Notes: generated by a model not told the origin, from the letters alone. DNA of 25,762 bases from Bacillota bacterium (GCA_016872075.1 VHBF01000001.1:1-25762); one strand, 5' to 3'; shown: positions 1-9,387, numbered from the stretch's first letter. A program made the numbers and translations.

Positions 1-231
1 GAGGACCTTCAAGACCATTTACTTGCGCTGGAAAAACAGTCGCAAGCCGGCATGATCACTGACAATATGAATAAGATTATGCAAATCGCCAAAGATGGCG
101 GAGGGTTTGCCAAAATGTCAGGTGCGGGTGGGGGCGATTGTATGTTGGTTTTTTTGACTCAACGTAAACAAGCCTGGTTTACCAAACAGATAAAATTACT
201 CAATTTTACAATTCTTTCCGATATAATTTAA
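1..231 (+). CDS. mvaK2: Phosphomevalonate kinase (GHMP kinase family), 3' part only, runs off window start
   Basis: My translation of frame +1: EDLQDHLLALEKQSQAGMITDNMNKIMQIAKDGGGFAKMSGAGGGDCMLVFL...SDII*. AKMSGAGGGDC is the C-terminal GHMP/PMK motif, and the gene sits directly upstream of fni. Not in the ORF track. Confidence 0.8.
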   Translation, partial: EDLQDHLLALEKQSQAGMITDNMNKIMQIAKDGGGFAKMSGAGGGDCMLVFLTQRKQAWFTKQIKLLNFTILSDII

Positions 232-233
232 AT
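222..233 (+). promoter_or_regulatory. Candidate -10 box for a leaderless fni transcript
   Basis: TATAAT (222-227), 6 nt, ATG (234); no Shine-Dalgarno sequence. Confidence 0.45.
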
Positions 234-1226
234 ATGAATCGAAAAGACGATCACATTCAACTAGCGTACGCCCAACAAGCAAAAGCAAACGATTTTGACA
301 CAATTAAATTTGTCCACCACGCCTTTCCAGAAATTGATGAAGCTGACCTCGACTTATCAGTATCCTTATTCAACCAAAAATTCCCTCTGCCTTTTTATAT
401 CAACGCGATGACCGGTGGTAGTGATCAAGCCAAACTCTTAAATGAACGTTTTGCGATGCTCGCCAAACATTTTCAGATTCCCCTTGCAACTGGTTCGGTG
501 ACAGCGGCCATCAAAAATCCAAACTTGGCAGATTCTTTTACCATCATTCGGGAAGTTAATCCTCAAGGTTTTGTCATGGCCAACGTTGGCGCAGGGCAAA
601 CGATTGAGAACGCCAAAAAAGCTGTGACGTTATTAAATGCTAACGCCTTACAAATTCATGTGAATGTAGTTCAAGAAGTGGTGATGCCAGAAGGTGATCG
701 TGATTTTACCGGCCTACTGAAGTCAATCCAACTCATTAAAGATGCATTGAACATCCCAGTGATTGTCAAAGAAGTAGGTTTTGGGATGAGTACAAAAACC
801 ATTAAACAACTAAGCGATATCGGTGTTAAATATCTTGATGTTGCTGGACAAGGTGGCACTAATTTTGCGGTCATTGAAAATCAACGACGACAAAAACCAT
901 ACTCAAGTTTTGATGATTGGGGTTTATCAACGGTGCAAAGTTTAATCAATGCCAAAAGCTTCCCCCAGTTAAATATCATCGCAAGTGGCGGTGTTCGCAA
1001 CCCACTTGATGTGGTGAAGTGTTTAGCGCTAGGCGCGAAGATTGTCGGTTTATCAGGTTTTTTCTTGCATCTAGTTAAAGACCATACCCATGAACAAGCC
1101 GTAGAAAAACTCAATCAATTTATCGAAGAAATCAAAATGATCATGTTAGTGTTAGGGAAGAAAAGAATTCGTGACTTAGTGAACGCTGATATCACCCTAT
1201 CCTCTTCTTTATCTAAACCATTATGA
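234..1226 (+). CDS. fni: Type 2 isopentenyl-diphosphate delta-isomerase (IDI-2, FMN-dependent)
   Basis: Motifs RKDDHI, INAMTGG, QIHVNVVQE, IVKEVGFG, DVAGQGGTNF, ASGGVRN; 330 aa; mevalonate context. Confidence 0.95.
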   Translation: MNRKDDHIQLAYAQQAKANDFDTIKFVHHAFPEIDEADLDLSVSLFNQKFPLPFYINAMTGGSDQAKLLNERFAMLAKHFQIPLATGSVTAAIKNPNLADSFTIIREVNPQGFVMANVGAGQTIENAKKAVTLLNANALQIHVNVVQEVVMPEGDRDFTGLLKSIQLIKDALNIPVIVKEVGFGMSTKTIKQLSDIGVKYLDVAGQGGTNFAVIENQRRQKPYSSFDDWGLSTVQSLINAKSFPQLNIIASGGVRNPLDVVKCLALGAKIVGLSGFFLHLVKDHTHEQAVEKLNQFIEEIKMIMLVLGKKRIRDLVNADITLSSSLSKPL

Positions 1227-2062
1227 AAACACTCATTGAATCTTCCTTAATTCAATTTATCGATCGGTTACCAACTTCAACATTAAAAGAAGCGGCTCTA
1301 TATGCAGTGAAAGCCGGTGGCAAAAGATTCAGACCATTGGTTGTGCTTTCACTCATTGAAAGTTATGGCGGTGATTATTTGCCGTTTGTTGATTTAGCCA
1401 CGAGTATTGAAATGATTCATCTCTATTCTTTAATTCATGACGATTTACCGGCGATGGATGATGATGTCTTAAGACACGGCGTGCCTACGATTCATAAACA
1501 ATTTGATGAGGCAACCGCCATTTTATTAGGAGATGGTTTGTTAACTAACGCGTTTGAACGCGTGAGTGAATCACGTTCTATTCAGGACCATCAAAAAGTG
1601 AAACTCGTGCAATTGTTAGCGACCCGTGCTGGACTCAATGGCATGGTCTATGGCCAATTTTTGGACATTGAAGCAGAAGGAAAGCAAGCCAATGTTGAAC
1701 ATTTAACACTCATCAGTCGCCATAAGACCGGTAAATTGATTGAGGCTGCCTTTCGTATGGGTGCCTTGATCGCCGCTCCACAAGATGAAGAACGTTGGGG
1801 CCAAATTGGTTTGCATTTAGGGTTGATGTTTCAAATTCAAGATGATGTCTTAGAAATCACAGCGACAGAAGCTGAACTACAAAAATCGAAATCAGATGTT
1901 GCCTTAAATAAAGCAACTTTTGTCAGTCAATTGGGTTTACAGAAAGCAAAGGCGATGATTGTATCCCTATATCAAGAAGTGCAAAAAGAATTATCGTTTT
2001 TGAAAATAAAAAAGCCTACCATCACAGAATTAATTAATAAGATTTATGCCCGTCGTTATTAA
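1223..2062 (+). CDS. ispA: Short-chain polyprenyl (farnesyl) diphosphate synthase
   Basis: GGKRFRP, HLYSLIHDDLPAMDDD (first Asp-rich motif), GMVYGQFLD, KTGKL, FQIQDD; ATGA overlap with the fni stop. Confidence 0.93.
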   Translation: MKTLIESSLIQFIDRLPTSTLKEAALYAVKAGGKRFRPLVVLSLIESYGGDYLPFVDLATSIEMIHLYSLIHDDLPAMDDDVLRHGVPTIHKQFDEATAILLGDGLLTNAFERVSESRSIQDHQKVKLVQLLATRAGLNGMVYGQFLDIEAEGKQANVEHLTLISRHKTGKLIEAAFRMGALIAAPQDEERWGQIGLHLGLMFQIQDDVLEITATEAELQKSKSDVALNKATFVSQLGLQKAKAMIVSLYQEVQKELSFLKIKKPTITELINKIYARRY

Positions 2063-2423
2063 CGTCGTGAATAAACGCAGTTTTACCTTTAAAGATTCGG
2101 TCAAAGTTTAATTTTGTTTTTTGAAGAATAATGTTGTTTTGTGGAATTAACGGGTGAGCTTGTAACCAGACTTTTAATTGATCAACTAAGGATGGATTGG
2201 GTACGACCGCATAATGCAAATAAGTAAAAGGAATAATAAAAGCATTCTTTTTTAAATCTTCATTTCCAGCTTTATCTAATATCTCTTGGATAGAGGCATT
2301 GTTTAATCCTTGTAACCAGTCTTTGATTTCATTTTCACGATATTCAAAAATGACATCGGCAAGAAACCGATGCATCAGCATCATCGCTTCATTAGATTCA
2401 AGTGGGTGTAATTTAGGATCCAT
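2034..2423 (-). CDS. Hypothetical protein, 129 aa, no family recognised
   Basis: Open frame whose ATG overlaps the end of the upstream kinase gene (2413-2423), consistent with translational coupling; 3' end overlaps ispA by 29 nt. Confidence 0.55.
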   Translation of the reverse strand: MDPKLHPLESNEAMMLMHRFLADVIFEYRENEIKDWLQGLNNASIQEILDKAGNEDLKKNAFIIPFTYLHYAVVPNPSLVDQLKVWLQAHPLIPQNNIILQKTKLNFDRIFKGKTAFIHDVNNDGHKSY

Positions 2424-2939
2424 AAAGATTGAGGATGAATCGTGCTCCTATTTCTATTGTATCGAGGAAGTTTTCATTTGTAACATCGAACACTCGATAA
2501 TAATAAGTTTTTTCTGATTTGGAGGGGAATTTGTAATCCTCATACATTTTTTTGAGAGCGTTAATCTCAATTTGTTTCCATATTCTTTTTTCATTACGTT
2601 CTTTAATCACTTGGTAATCGGTTTTGACAAACGCAAAATATAAAATAGGAATTTTTGGAAATTGTAATAAGAGTTTACCTCGATATTCAGGGTTTATAAG
2701 CGTGGCATCAAACGCAACCACCTAACCATTATTCAAGGCAGATCGTGCTCGTTGATATGCTAATTCCCATACAAGGGATTCCATTTCCGGCCTGAATTGA
2801 TAATCTTTTGCAAGTTCAAAACGAATCTCATCAGTTGAGATAATCACCAGGGTATTAATGTTTTTTTAAGGCCACCAATGAAAGTTGATTTACCGGATAA
2901 AGGCGGACCAGAAAAAATACATAAAATTCCTTGACGCAT
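2413..2939 (-). pseudogene. AAA_33/polynucleotide-kinase-like P-loop kinase, interrupted by a frameshift and an in-frame TAG
   Basis: ATG 2939 gives MRQGILCIFSGPPLSGKSTFIGGLKK (Walker A), which stops at TGA 2844-2846. The -1 frame after the A7 run (2861-2867) continues NINTLVIISTDEIRFEL...RSALNNG*(TAG 2722-2724)VVAFDATLINPEYR...ERNEKR to TAA 2413-2415. Repaired length is about 175 aa. The ORF track shows only the 2413-2721 fragment. Confidence 0.85.
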
Positions 2940-2946
2940 GATTGGT

Positions 2947-3954
2947 TTATAGTTTAATCGTTTTGGACGATGCTTTTTCAAGACGATTCATGAGCGCGGT
3001 CCCAATCCCTTTGGTAGAAAAGGTATGAGTGTAAATGGTTTTAACTTTAAGGTCGTCCAGTGTTCTTAAAGTACGATAAAGGGTTCTTGCAATCGTTTCT
3101 AATGTAGATTGTGGACCAAGGGCAAAGGTATTCATGGTCAAGGATTGTAATTGTCCACATACTTCATTACTACCCATGAAGACTGCTTCTGGATCATTGA
3201 CCTTTTTTAAGAATTTTACAATTTCTTCAGTATTGCCATCAAGGATCACAACATCACCAAAGGGTTTGTAATGTTGATATTTCATACCGGGTGACTTAGG
3301 AGCCTTGTCGACTTTACTTGAAGAAATCACCACCATGCCAAGAACATTTTCAATCGCCTCTACACTGACAGCGCCAGGTCTTAGAATTGTAGGAATTTTT
3401 GTGGTTAAATCGATGACCGTGGATTCAATCCCATATTCAGGAATGCCACCATCAACAAACACTGCTACTTTGCCAAAAAAATCTCGATAAACGGCTTCAA
3501 AGGTTGTACCTGAAGGTTTCCCTGATAAGTTGGCGCTTGGGGCACATAATGGAACACCAGCGGCTTTGATCACTTCTCTTGCTAAGGAATCTTTTGGCAT
3601 CCGAACGGCAACGGTTGGTAAATTGGCTGTAATCAAATTAGGAACGGCGTTCGCTTTTGGTAAGACCAGTGTTAACGGCCCAGGCCAAAAGGCATTAATC
3701 AGTTTCTTGGCATAGGCGTTTACTTCTGTCACTAGCAAATCTAACTGGTTTAAATCCGCAATATGAATGATGAGAGGGTTATCTTGAGGTCTGCCTTTCG
3801 TTGTAAAAATCTTCTTCACCGCGATTTCATCATAGATGGAAGCCCCTAGACCATAGACTGTTTCAGTAGGAAAAACGATTAAATCATGATTTTCAATTGC
3901 TTTTTTAATTAAATTTTCTTCCAGTAGTGGATGCTTAATGATGGTTGATTTCAT
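2947..3954 (-). CDS. sua5: L-threonylcarbamoyladenylate synthase (Sua5, YrdC domain plus C-terminal SUA5 domain)
   Basis: FPTETVYGLGA, KGRPQDNPLIIH, FWPGPLT, PSANLSGKPS, GIESTVID, ILRPG, SPGMKYQHY. Confidence 0.96.
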   Translation of the reverse strand: MKSTIIKHPLLEENLIKKAIENHDLIVFPTETVYGLGASIYDEIAVKKIFTTKGRPQDNPLIIHIADLNQLDLLVTEVNAYAKKLINAFWPGPLTLVLPKANAVPNLITANLPTVAVRMPKDSLAREVIKAAGVPLCAPSANLSGKPSGTTFEAVYRDFFGKVAVFVDGGIPEYGIESTVIDLTTKIPTILRPGAVSVEAIENVLGMVVISSSKVDKAPKSPGMKYQHYKPFGDVVILDGNTEEIVKFLKKVNDPEAVFMGSNEVCGQLQSLTMNTFALGPQSTLETIARTLYRTLRTLDDLKVKTIYTHTFSTKGIGTALMNRLEKASSKTIKL

Positions 3955-3969
3955 AGGGTTATTCTACCA
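3955..3969 (-). promoter_or_regulatory. Extended -10 promoter, probably leaderless sua5 mRNA
   Basis: Minus strand TG-g-TAGAAT (3969-3961), 6 nt (aaccct), ATG 3954; no SD. Confidence 0.55.
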
Positions 3970-4002
3970 TTAAATAACGTTCCATAGTAAGATAGGATAG
4001 GA

Positions 4003-4977
4003 ATGAAAGAACTAAAAAGAATCCTTTTATTAGACCCCTCTATCGCCACATTTAATGTTGGAGATAAAATTATTTCTCAATCAGTAAGAGAACACTTAAA
4101 ACCGTTAATTGATTTTAGTTTCGTGATTGAAGCCTCGACCCACTTACCAGTGACGATGTATCTCAAAAATATATTTTATAGTTATGATTTTGATTATCGT
4201 TTTGTTTGTGGATCGAATTTAATCCGCGGAAAAATGAATCGCATCATTAAACTATGGGATATTAATTTACGATCCGCAAGTATTGTTTCCCCATTAATTT
4301 TAGTTGGGGTTGGTTGGTGGAAAAAGGGCGATTTACCTAATCAATATTCTAAGTTACTTTATGGCCGCCTTTTAGATAAAAAAATGCTTCACTCGGTTCG
4401 GGATAACTATACTCTGAATCAATTCCAACAAATGGGTTTTAAAAACATTCTTAATACCGCTTGCCCGACGATGTGGAAATTAACCAAAGACCACTGTAAA
4501 GACATTCCTAAAACCAAATCCCAAGATGTGGTTACCACCCTTACCGATTATGATAAAAATCCTGTTGCAGACCAACAAATGTTAAATATTTTAAGTAAGA
4601 AATATCGCAAAGTTTATCTATGGTTACAAGGGGTTAACGATTTTAATTATGCGAATTTACTCAGCCTACCCCATAACTCAGAATTAATTAATCCGAATCT
4701 TGAAGATTATGATGCCATTCTCAATTCACCCGATATTGAATACGTGGGTACGAGATTACACGCAGGCATTCGCGCCTTACAAAAGAAAAAAAGAACCATT
4801 ATTCTTGCCGTTGATCACCGCGCTATTGAAAAGAAAAAAGACTTTCAATTAACAGTCCTTGATCGTAATGAAATCCAACTATTAGAAGGGATGATTGATG
4901 ACCGGTTTAAAACCGACATCCAATTGCCTCTGGATGATATTCAAGCTTGGAAAAATCAATTTATCCATGCCAAGTAA
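4003..4977 (+). CDS. Polysaccharide pyruvyl transferase family protein
   Basis: NVGDKII, GSNL, VRDNYT, ACPTMW, YVGTRLHAGIRALQ, AVDHRA are typical of this family. Confidence 0.85.
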   Translation: MKELKRILLLDPSIATFNVGDKIISQSVREHLKPLIDFSFVIEASTHLPVTMYLKNIFYSYDFDYRFVCGSNLIRGKMNRIIKLWDINLRSASIVSPLILVGVGWWKKGDLPNQYSKLLYGRLLDKKMLHSVRDNYTLNQFQQMGFKNILNTACPTMWKLTKDHCKDIPKTKSQDVVTTLTDYDKNPVADQQMLNILSKKYRKVYLWLQGVNDFNYANLLSLPHNSELINPNLEDYDAILNSPDIEYVGTRLHAGIRALQKKKRTIILAVDHRAIEKKKDFQLTVLDRNEIQLLEGMIDDRFKTDIQLPLDDIQAWKNQFIHAK

Positions 4978-5596
4978 ACATGCGACCCTCGTTTTATCTC
5001 AAGTTACCTTGAATGATTTGCCTTTGATACAAGGCGATATCATTGCCGTTGATAAGGGTTGTGAATTATTATTAAAAAGTAAGTTTCCCATTCAGTGTGC
5101 GGTCGGAGATTTTGATTCTATTTCTCCAAGATTCTTGGCCCAACTCCAACAGCAAAAAGTCCCCCTACACAAATTCCCTAAACAAAAAGATCAAGCGGAT
5201 GCTGAACTCGCATTAGATTGGAGTATTCAACGAGGTTATGACCAGATTTTCATCGTGGGATTTTCTGGTGGTAGGCTCGATCATTACCAAGCGATTTTAC
5301 ACATGCTTTTTCGTTTTCAAAAACCGAATGTGACCTTGTTAACATCTCAGCAATCGATACAGTATTTGCGCCAAGGAAATTATGTTTTAAATCATGAAAA
5401 AACGGAAACCTATTTTTCCGTTTTGACGCTCTCTCAAGCAGTGATTTCTCTCCACGGTAGTCTATATCCACTGACTGAGAAAACCATCACCGTCAAAGAT
5501 ACTTTTACTTTATCCAATGAATGGAAGGATAAGAAAAAAGTAACGCTAACGGTTCACTCTGGCGAAATTTTGTTGTATCGAACGAAGCTTACTTAA
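4967..5596 (+). CDS. thiN: Thiamine diphosphokinase
   Basis: AVDKG, VGDFDS, KDQADAELAL, GFSGGRLDH, GSLYPL, TLSNE. Start placed at ATG 4967, overlapping the upstream stop, rather than 4895. Confidence 0.9.
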   Translation: MPSKHATLVLSQVTLNDLPLIQGDIIAVDKGCELLLKSKFPIQCAVGDFDSISPRFLAQLQQQKVPLHKFPKQKDQADAELALDWSIQRGYDQIFIVGFSGGRLDHYQAILHMLFRFQKPNVTLLTSQQSIQYLRQGNYVLNHEKTETYFSVLTLSQAVISLHGSLYPLTEKTITVKDTFTLSNEWKDKKKVTLTVHSGEILLYRTKLT

Positions 5597-6163
5597 GGTT
5601 AACTCTCCGTAACTACTTAACGTCCATAATGTCGTGGTTAAGAGGATGAGTCGTTGAAATATTCCGCGAATCTCTTGACGATATAAAATAAAAAATCCTG
5701 AGAAAACCAAGGCAAAAACCAAAAAGAATAAATGTTGTAATTTTAAGTACTTTTGTTTAGATAAAGCGGCGTGAGTGGTAATACTTGCGACGGTAAGTAA
5801 GTTACTAGCATACGTAATATAACGATGGATGATCACGACCGTTTCATTCACGTTTGCATTGATTAAACCATCATAACTGGTTGGGAATATTCCTAATAAA
5901 AAGGTCATCAAACCATTCAGTGCAGTTAACCAAAATAACCAAGTGGGTAGTTTTTGCTGAAGAAGATAGTAAACGGCAAAGGCGATGTAAGAAGCACCAC
6001 CTAGAAGAAATCCAGTGGTTAAAATCCAAGCATTAGCTACGCCTTGCCCTGCCAGTTCACTCATCGTGTGTTGATAAAATAAATAACCTTCGGGTGCGAA
6101 AAAATGCGCTAAGAAGATAATGGAGACAATCAAGAGATTGGTCAAACGAATACCGAGATACAT
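5546..6163 (-). CDS. DUF998-like multi-pass membrane protein
   Basis: About 5-6 hydrophobic segments; TMSELAG, GIFP, IHRY and RGIFQR resemble DUF998 conserved positions; ATG overlaps the fabV stop. Confidence 0.6.
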   Translation of the reverse strand: MYLGIRLTNLLIVSIIFLAHFFAPEGYLFYQHTMSELAGQGVANAWILTTGFLLGGASYIAFAVYYLLQQKLPTWLFWLTALNGLMTFLLGIFPTSYDGLINANVNETVVIIHRYITYASNLLTVASITTHAALSKQKYLKLQHLFFLVFALVFSGFFILYRQEIRGIFQRLILLTTTLWTLSSYGELTLSKLRSIQQNFARVNR

Positions 6164-7356
6164 TATTTGGGTTCCAACAGACTTAATTTGTCCATATCGA
6201 CATCAGCCTCGTAATTGACGTTAGCGAATCGGAAACCGTGGATTTGATAAAATTCATCAATAAATTGTTTGGTTCCGTTTAGTTGAAAGATGCCATCATT
6301 TTCAAGTTTCTTACTCATGGCATCAATTTCGGCTTGGATGTTAGCTTGCATTTCGTAATGGTCAATGCGAATACGCCCTTTTTCATCAAGTAGACGTTTG
6401 TTACCATACACCATGTCTTTAAATAAACGATGTTTATGTTGGAGTGTGGACTCATGCACTCCGTGTTTTTTCATCACTTCAAACATCGTAGAAACATAAA
6501 AGGCAATCTTGGGAATAAAGACACTAGCTTTGGTGACCACGGCTTTTGAAACTGAAATTAAACCTTCACCTTTAATCCGTTGTTTTAACAATTGATTGAT
6601 TTGCACACCGGCAGCTTCTAAGTCATCTTTAGCTTTACCAATCGTACCATCACGGTAAATCTTTGAATTATTCTTACTACCAATATAAGTATAAGAAATC
6701 GCTTTGGCACCCGTATTGAGTAGGTTAGCATCCGTTAATTGTTGGACCCAATCTAACCAATCACTGCCACCCATGACATAAATAGTATCTTTGATTTCTT
6801 GTTCAGAAGCCGGGGTTACTGTTAAATCTTTAATTTGCATTTCACCAATATCAATGGTTTTACCTGTCACTGGTTCACCAATGGTTTTGAGGGTTGAGCG
6901 CACCAATTCACCAGTGGTTGGATGTTGTCTGGCCCCCGCGGCGAGTGAATAGACAATTAAATCAATTTTTCCAAACGTTTTGCGAATATAATCTTTGACC
7001 TGATCCTTCATGCTTTGGGCAAAGGCGTCGCCAACGAAATCTTTATGAATTATGCCACTGCTTTGCATTGCTTGTTGGAAATAGATATTGTTCCACCAAC
7101 CCGCTGATCCAGTTCGATCGCCCTTAGGTCTTGATTCAAACGATACATTGATTGTTTCTGCTCCAGCATTAACCCCAAGCGTGACACGGGTGGATAAGCC
7201 ATAACCTGAAGAACCACCAATAATGAGAACTTTTTTTGGACCAGTAAAGTTAGGTAATGTTTTTGCTTCGTTGATCAGACCCAGGACATACTGTTGACAT
7301 CCTAGCGGGTGACTATTGGTAAAGACGTTACTGCGTAATGATGGTTTAATTTGCAT
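6163..7356 (-). CDS. fabV: Enoyl-ACP reductase FabV / trans-2-enoyl-CoA reductase
   Basis: HPLGC, GPKKVLIIGGSSGYGL, SAGWWNN, GDAFA, DLIVYSLAA, VMGGSDW, SYTYIG, YRDGTIGKAK, VVTKAS, GFRF; 397 aa; SD AAGGAG. Confidence 0.93.
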   Translation of the reverse strand: MQIKPSLRSNVFTNSHPLGCQQYVLGLINEAKTLPNFTGPKKVLIIGGSSGYGLSTRVTLGVNAGAETINVSFESRPKGDRTGSAGWWNNIYFQQAMQSSGIIHKDFVGDAFAQSMKDQVKDYIRKTFGKIDLIVYSLAAGARQHPTTGELVRSTLKTIGEPVTGKTIDIGEMQIKDLTVTPASEQEIKDTIYVMGGSDWLDWVQQLTDANLLNTGAKAISYTYIGSKNNSKIYRDGTIGKAKDDLEAAGVQINQLLKQRIKGEGLISVSKAVVTKASVFIPKIAFYVSTMFEVMKKHGVHESTLQHKHRLFKDMVYGNKRLLDEKGRIRIDHYEMQANIQAEIDAMSKKLENDGIFQLNGTKQFIDEFYQIHGFRFANVNYEADVDMDKLSLLEPK

Positions 7357-7454
7357 AAGGACTCCTTAAACTAACGTTATTTTACTCTAATTTGCTTGAA
7401 TAAAGAAACTACCAAAAAAGTGGAGGGATGAAACGTTAAGAAGATAAGAAAAAT

Positions 7455-7955
7455 TTATTTTAAATTTGCTTTTGTTGGCAATTTTTCTTCAGTGTCTAAG
7501 GTTTTATTTTCTTCATCAATAACGGTTTCTACAACACGAAAAGCTTTCATCATCCCTCTCACATCAAATAAGGATAATTTTCTAATGCTCTTATTGACAA
7601 GGTTATCTCCAAACTGAAAGGAGCGTTGATTAGAAAGTTTGCCTTGTTCGGTTAATTCTAAAAAGTAAACGCGATTATCGTTTGTATTTTACACTTTTTT
7701 TAAATAGCCCTTTCTTATTAACGACTTGACTGAATTGGAAATGACGGGTGGTGAAAGTTGAAGATATTTAGCAATATTCATGACTGTATGGTCGTTATTT
7801 TTTTTCATACGATCTAATAAACCAAGTAACAACATTTCCCGAATTGTGAGACTATTTTGGGAACGAATTCTTAGGGAACGTTCAATGAGCAAATATGCTT
7901 GAAAATAAAATTTTAAGAATGAATCTTGAAAGTTGTCCCCAAAAATCTTAAACAT
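7455..7955 (-). pseudogene. MarR-family regulator (FabT-like position upstream of fabV), interrupted by an in-frame TAA
   Basis: LTIREMLLL...TVMNIAKYLQLSPPVISNSVKSLIRKGYLKKV*(TAA 7689-7691)NTNDNRVYFLELTEQG... The same frame continues through the MarR wing and terminal helix to TAA 7455-7457; repaired length 166 aa. Confidence 0.85.
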
Positions 7956-8033
7956 ATTAATGTTATCTTACCGAATATTAATGGTGTTGCACCAAACATA
8001 AGCACTTAACTCGTAAAAACTTCACAATCTCCT

Positions 8034-8045
8034 TATAATTCAAGT
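8034..8045 (+). promoter_or_regulatory. Candidate -10 box for a leaderless transcript
   Basis: TATAAT (8034-8039), 6 nt, ATG 8046; no SD. Confidence 0.55.
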
Positions 8046-8957
8046 ATGAAAAATTTAAAATTATATTCACGTTTTTTAATGTTAAACGCTCAGCAAATTG
8101 AAAAATTAAATCAACTTGGCGTTACGGTTACCAAAACCATAGAACCTGATACAAACGCGATATTCTCAGATCAATTTTTCATCGAATCTAATCTTGATAC
8201 CCTTCCTGAATTGGCATATTTACAAGTCGCAACTTCCGGTCTAGATCGCATCAATCTTCAGCACCCTAAGTTAGCCAAGGCTGTTGTCAGTGGCTCACGT
8301 GGTGTTTTTAATCAACCCATGGCCCAATATGTTTTGAGTCACGTCTTAAGCGTTTATCAAAATCATCGATTCTTTTTACAAACTCAAAAAGATCAACAAT
8401 GGCGTCCCTCTCGACACAATGAAGAACTGTCAGGAAAACGGGTTGCCGTCATTGGTTTGGGTCAAATTGGATTACAAATCGCCAAGACATTTGCTTTTTT
8501 TGGCGCCAAGGTAGATGGATTTAATCGTTCAACCATTGATTCCATTTATGTGCAACAAACGTATTCTCTCCAAGACCTAGCTAATCAAATCGCAAATTAC
8601 GAAGTGGTGATTGTGGCGCTCGCCTTAAATCGAGATACCCAAGGTTTATTCAATGCGCCATTATTTGAAAGACTTAATCCAAAAGCTATTTTTGTGAATG
8701 TGGGTCGCAGTGAACTCCTCGATGAATCTGCACTTATCGCTTTATTACAAAATAAAAAGATTCGACATGCTGTATTGGATACTTTTAACAAAGAACCACT
8801 TCCTAAAGATCATCCATTATGGTCCTTAGAAAATTTAAGCATGACCCCACATATTTCCTTCACATCGATTCAAAACCTAGAAAGAATGTTTGATGCTTTG
8901 TACAATAACCTTCAACTTTACTTACAAAATGAACCGTTGATTAATCAATTTAAATAA
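8046..8957 (+). CDS. D-2-hydroxyacid dehydrogenase family protein (NAD-binding)
   Basis: VAVIGLGQIG Rossmann motif, FVNVGRSELLDE, AVLDTFNKEPLP, HPLW, MTPHIS. Confidence 0.9.
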   Translation: MKNLKLYSRFLMLNAQQIEKLNQLGVTVTKTIEPDTNAIFSDQFFIESNLDTLPELAYLQVATSGLDRINLQHPKLAKAVVSGSRGVFNQPMAQYVLSHVLSVYQNHRFFLQTQKDQQWRPSRHNEELSGKRVAVIGLGQIGLQIAKTFAFFGAKVDGFNRSTIDSIYVQQTYSLQDLANQIANYEVVIVALALNRDTQGLFNAPLFERLNPKAIFVNVGRSELLDESALIALLQNKKIRHAVLDTFNKEPLPKDHPLWSLENLSMTPHISFTSIQNLERMFDALYNNLQLYLQNEPLINQFK

Positions 8958-9387
8958 ACTTCATATTTTGGTAGTCTCGAATTAAACTTTCCACCCTCGT
9001 TAAGATAAAATCTCTGATTGGGCGAATCGCTTTTAATTTTTCTTCTTCGGTTCCAGGCAATGCAGAAGGATCGGGTAAATCCCAGTTTAATGTGACCTTG
9101 GTACTTGGAAAGATCGGGCAACGTTGACCGTTTAATGCGTCGCAAACCTTTACGACAATCTCGTATCGCTTTCCTTGTTTAAAAAAATCAAAGACATCTT
9201 TGGTTTTATTTTTTGAAATGTCATAACCAATTTCTGCCATTGCTTTTACTGCAATTGGGTTCAGTTTTCCAGCTTCCAAACCGGCACTTTCTGCAACAAA
9301 CTTACCTCGACCAAGGCGATTAAGAAATGCCTCTGCCAATTGACTACGAGCAGAATTATGATTACAAATAAATAATACTTTAATCAT
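8950..9387 (-). CDS. arsC: Arsenate reductase ArsC, LMW-PTPase fold (thioredoxin-type Cys arrangement)
   Basis: CNHNSARSQ P-loop, ESAGLE, VCD...RCPIFP redox pair, WDLPDP; SD AGGAGG. No arsR or acr3 in the window. Confidence 0.8.
   Translation of the reverse strand: MIKVLFICNHNSARSQLAEAFLNRLGRGKFVAESAGLEAGKLNPIAVKAMAEIGYDISKNKTKDVFDFFKQGKRYEIVVKVCDALNGQRCPIFPSTKVTLNWDLPDPSALPGTEEEKLKAIRPIRDFILTRVESLIRDYQNMKFI

Noticed and set aside
2722-7691. Stop-codon reassignment (TAA/TAG = Gln) to explain the in-frame stops in the kinase and MarR genes
   Set aside because: TAA ends most genes here and TAG ends pstB and the DUF998-like gene at family-typical lengths, so both are working stops.
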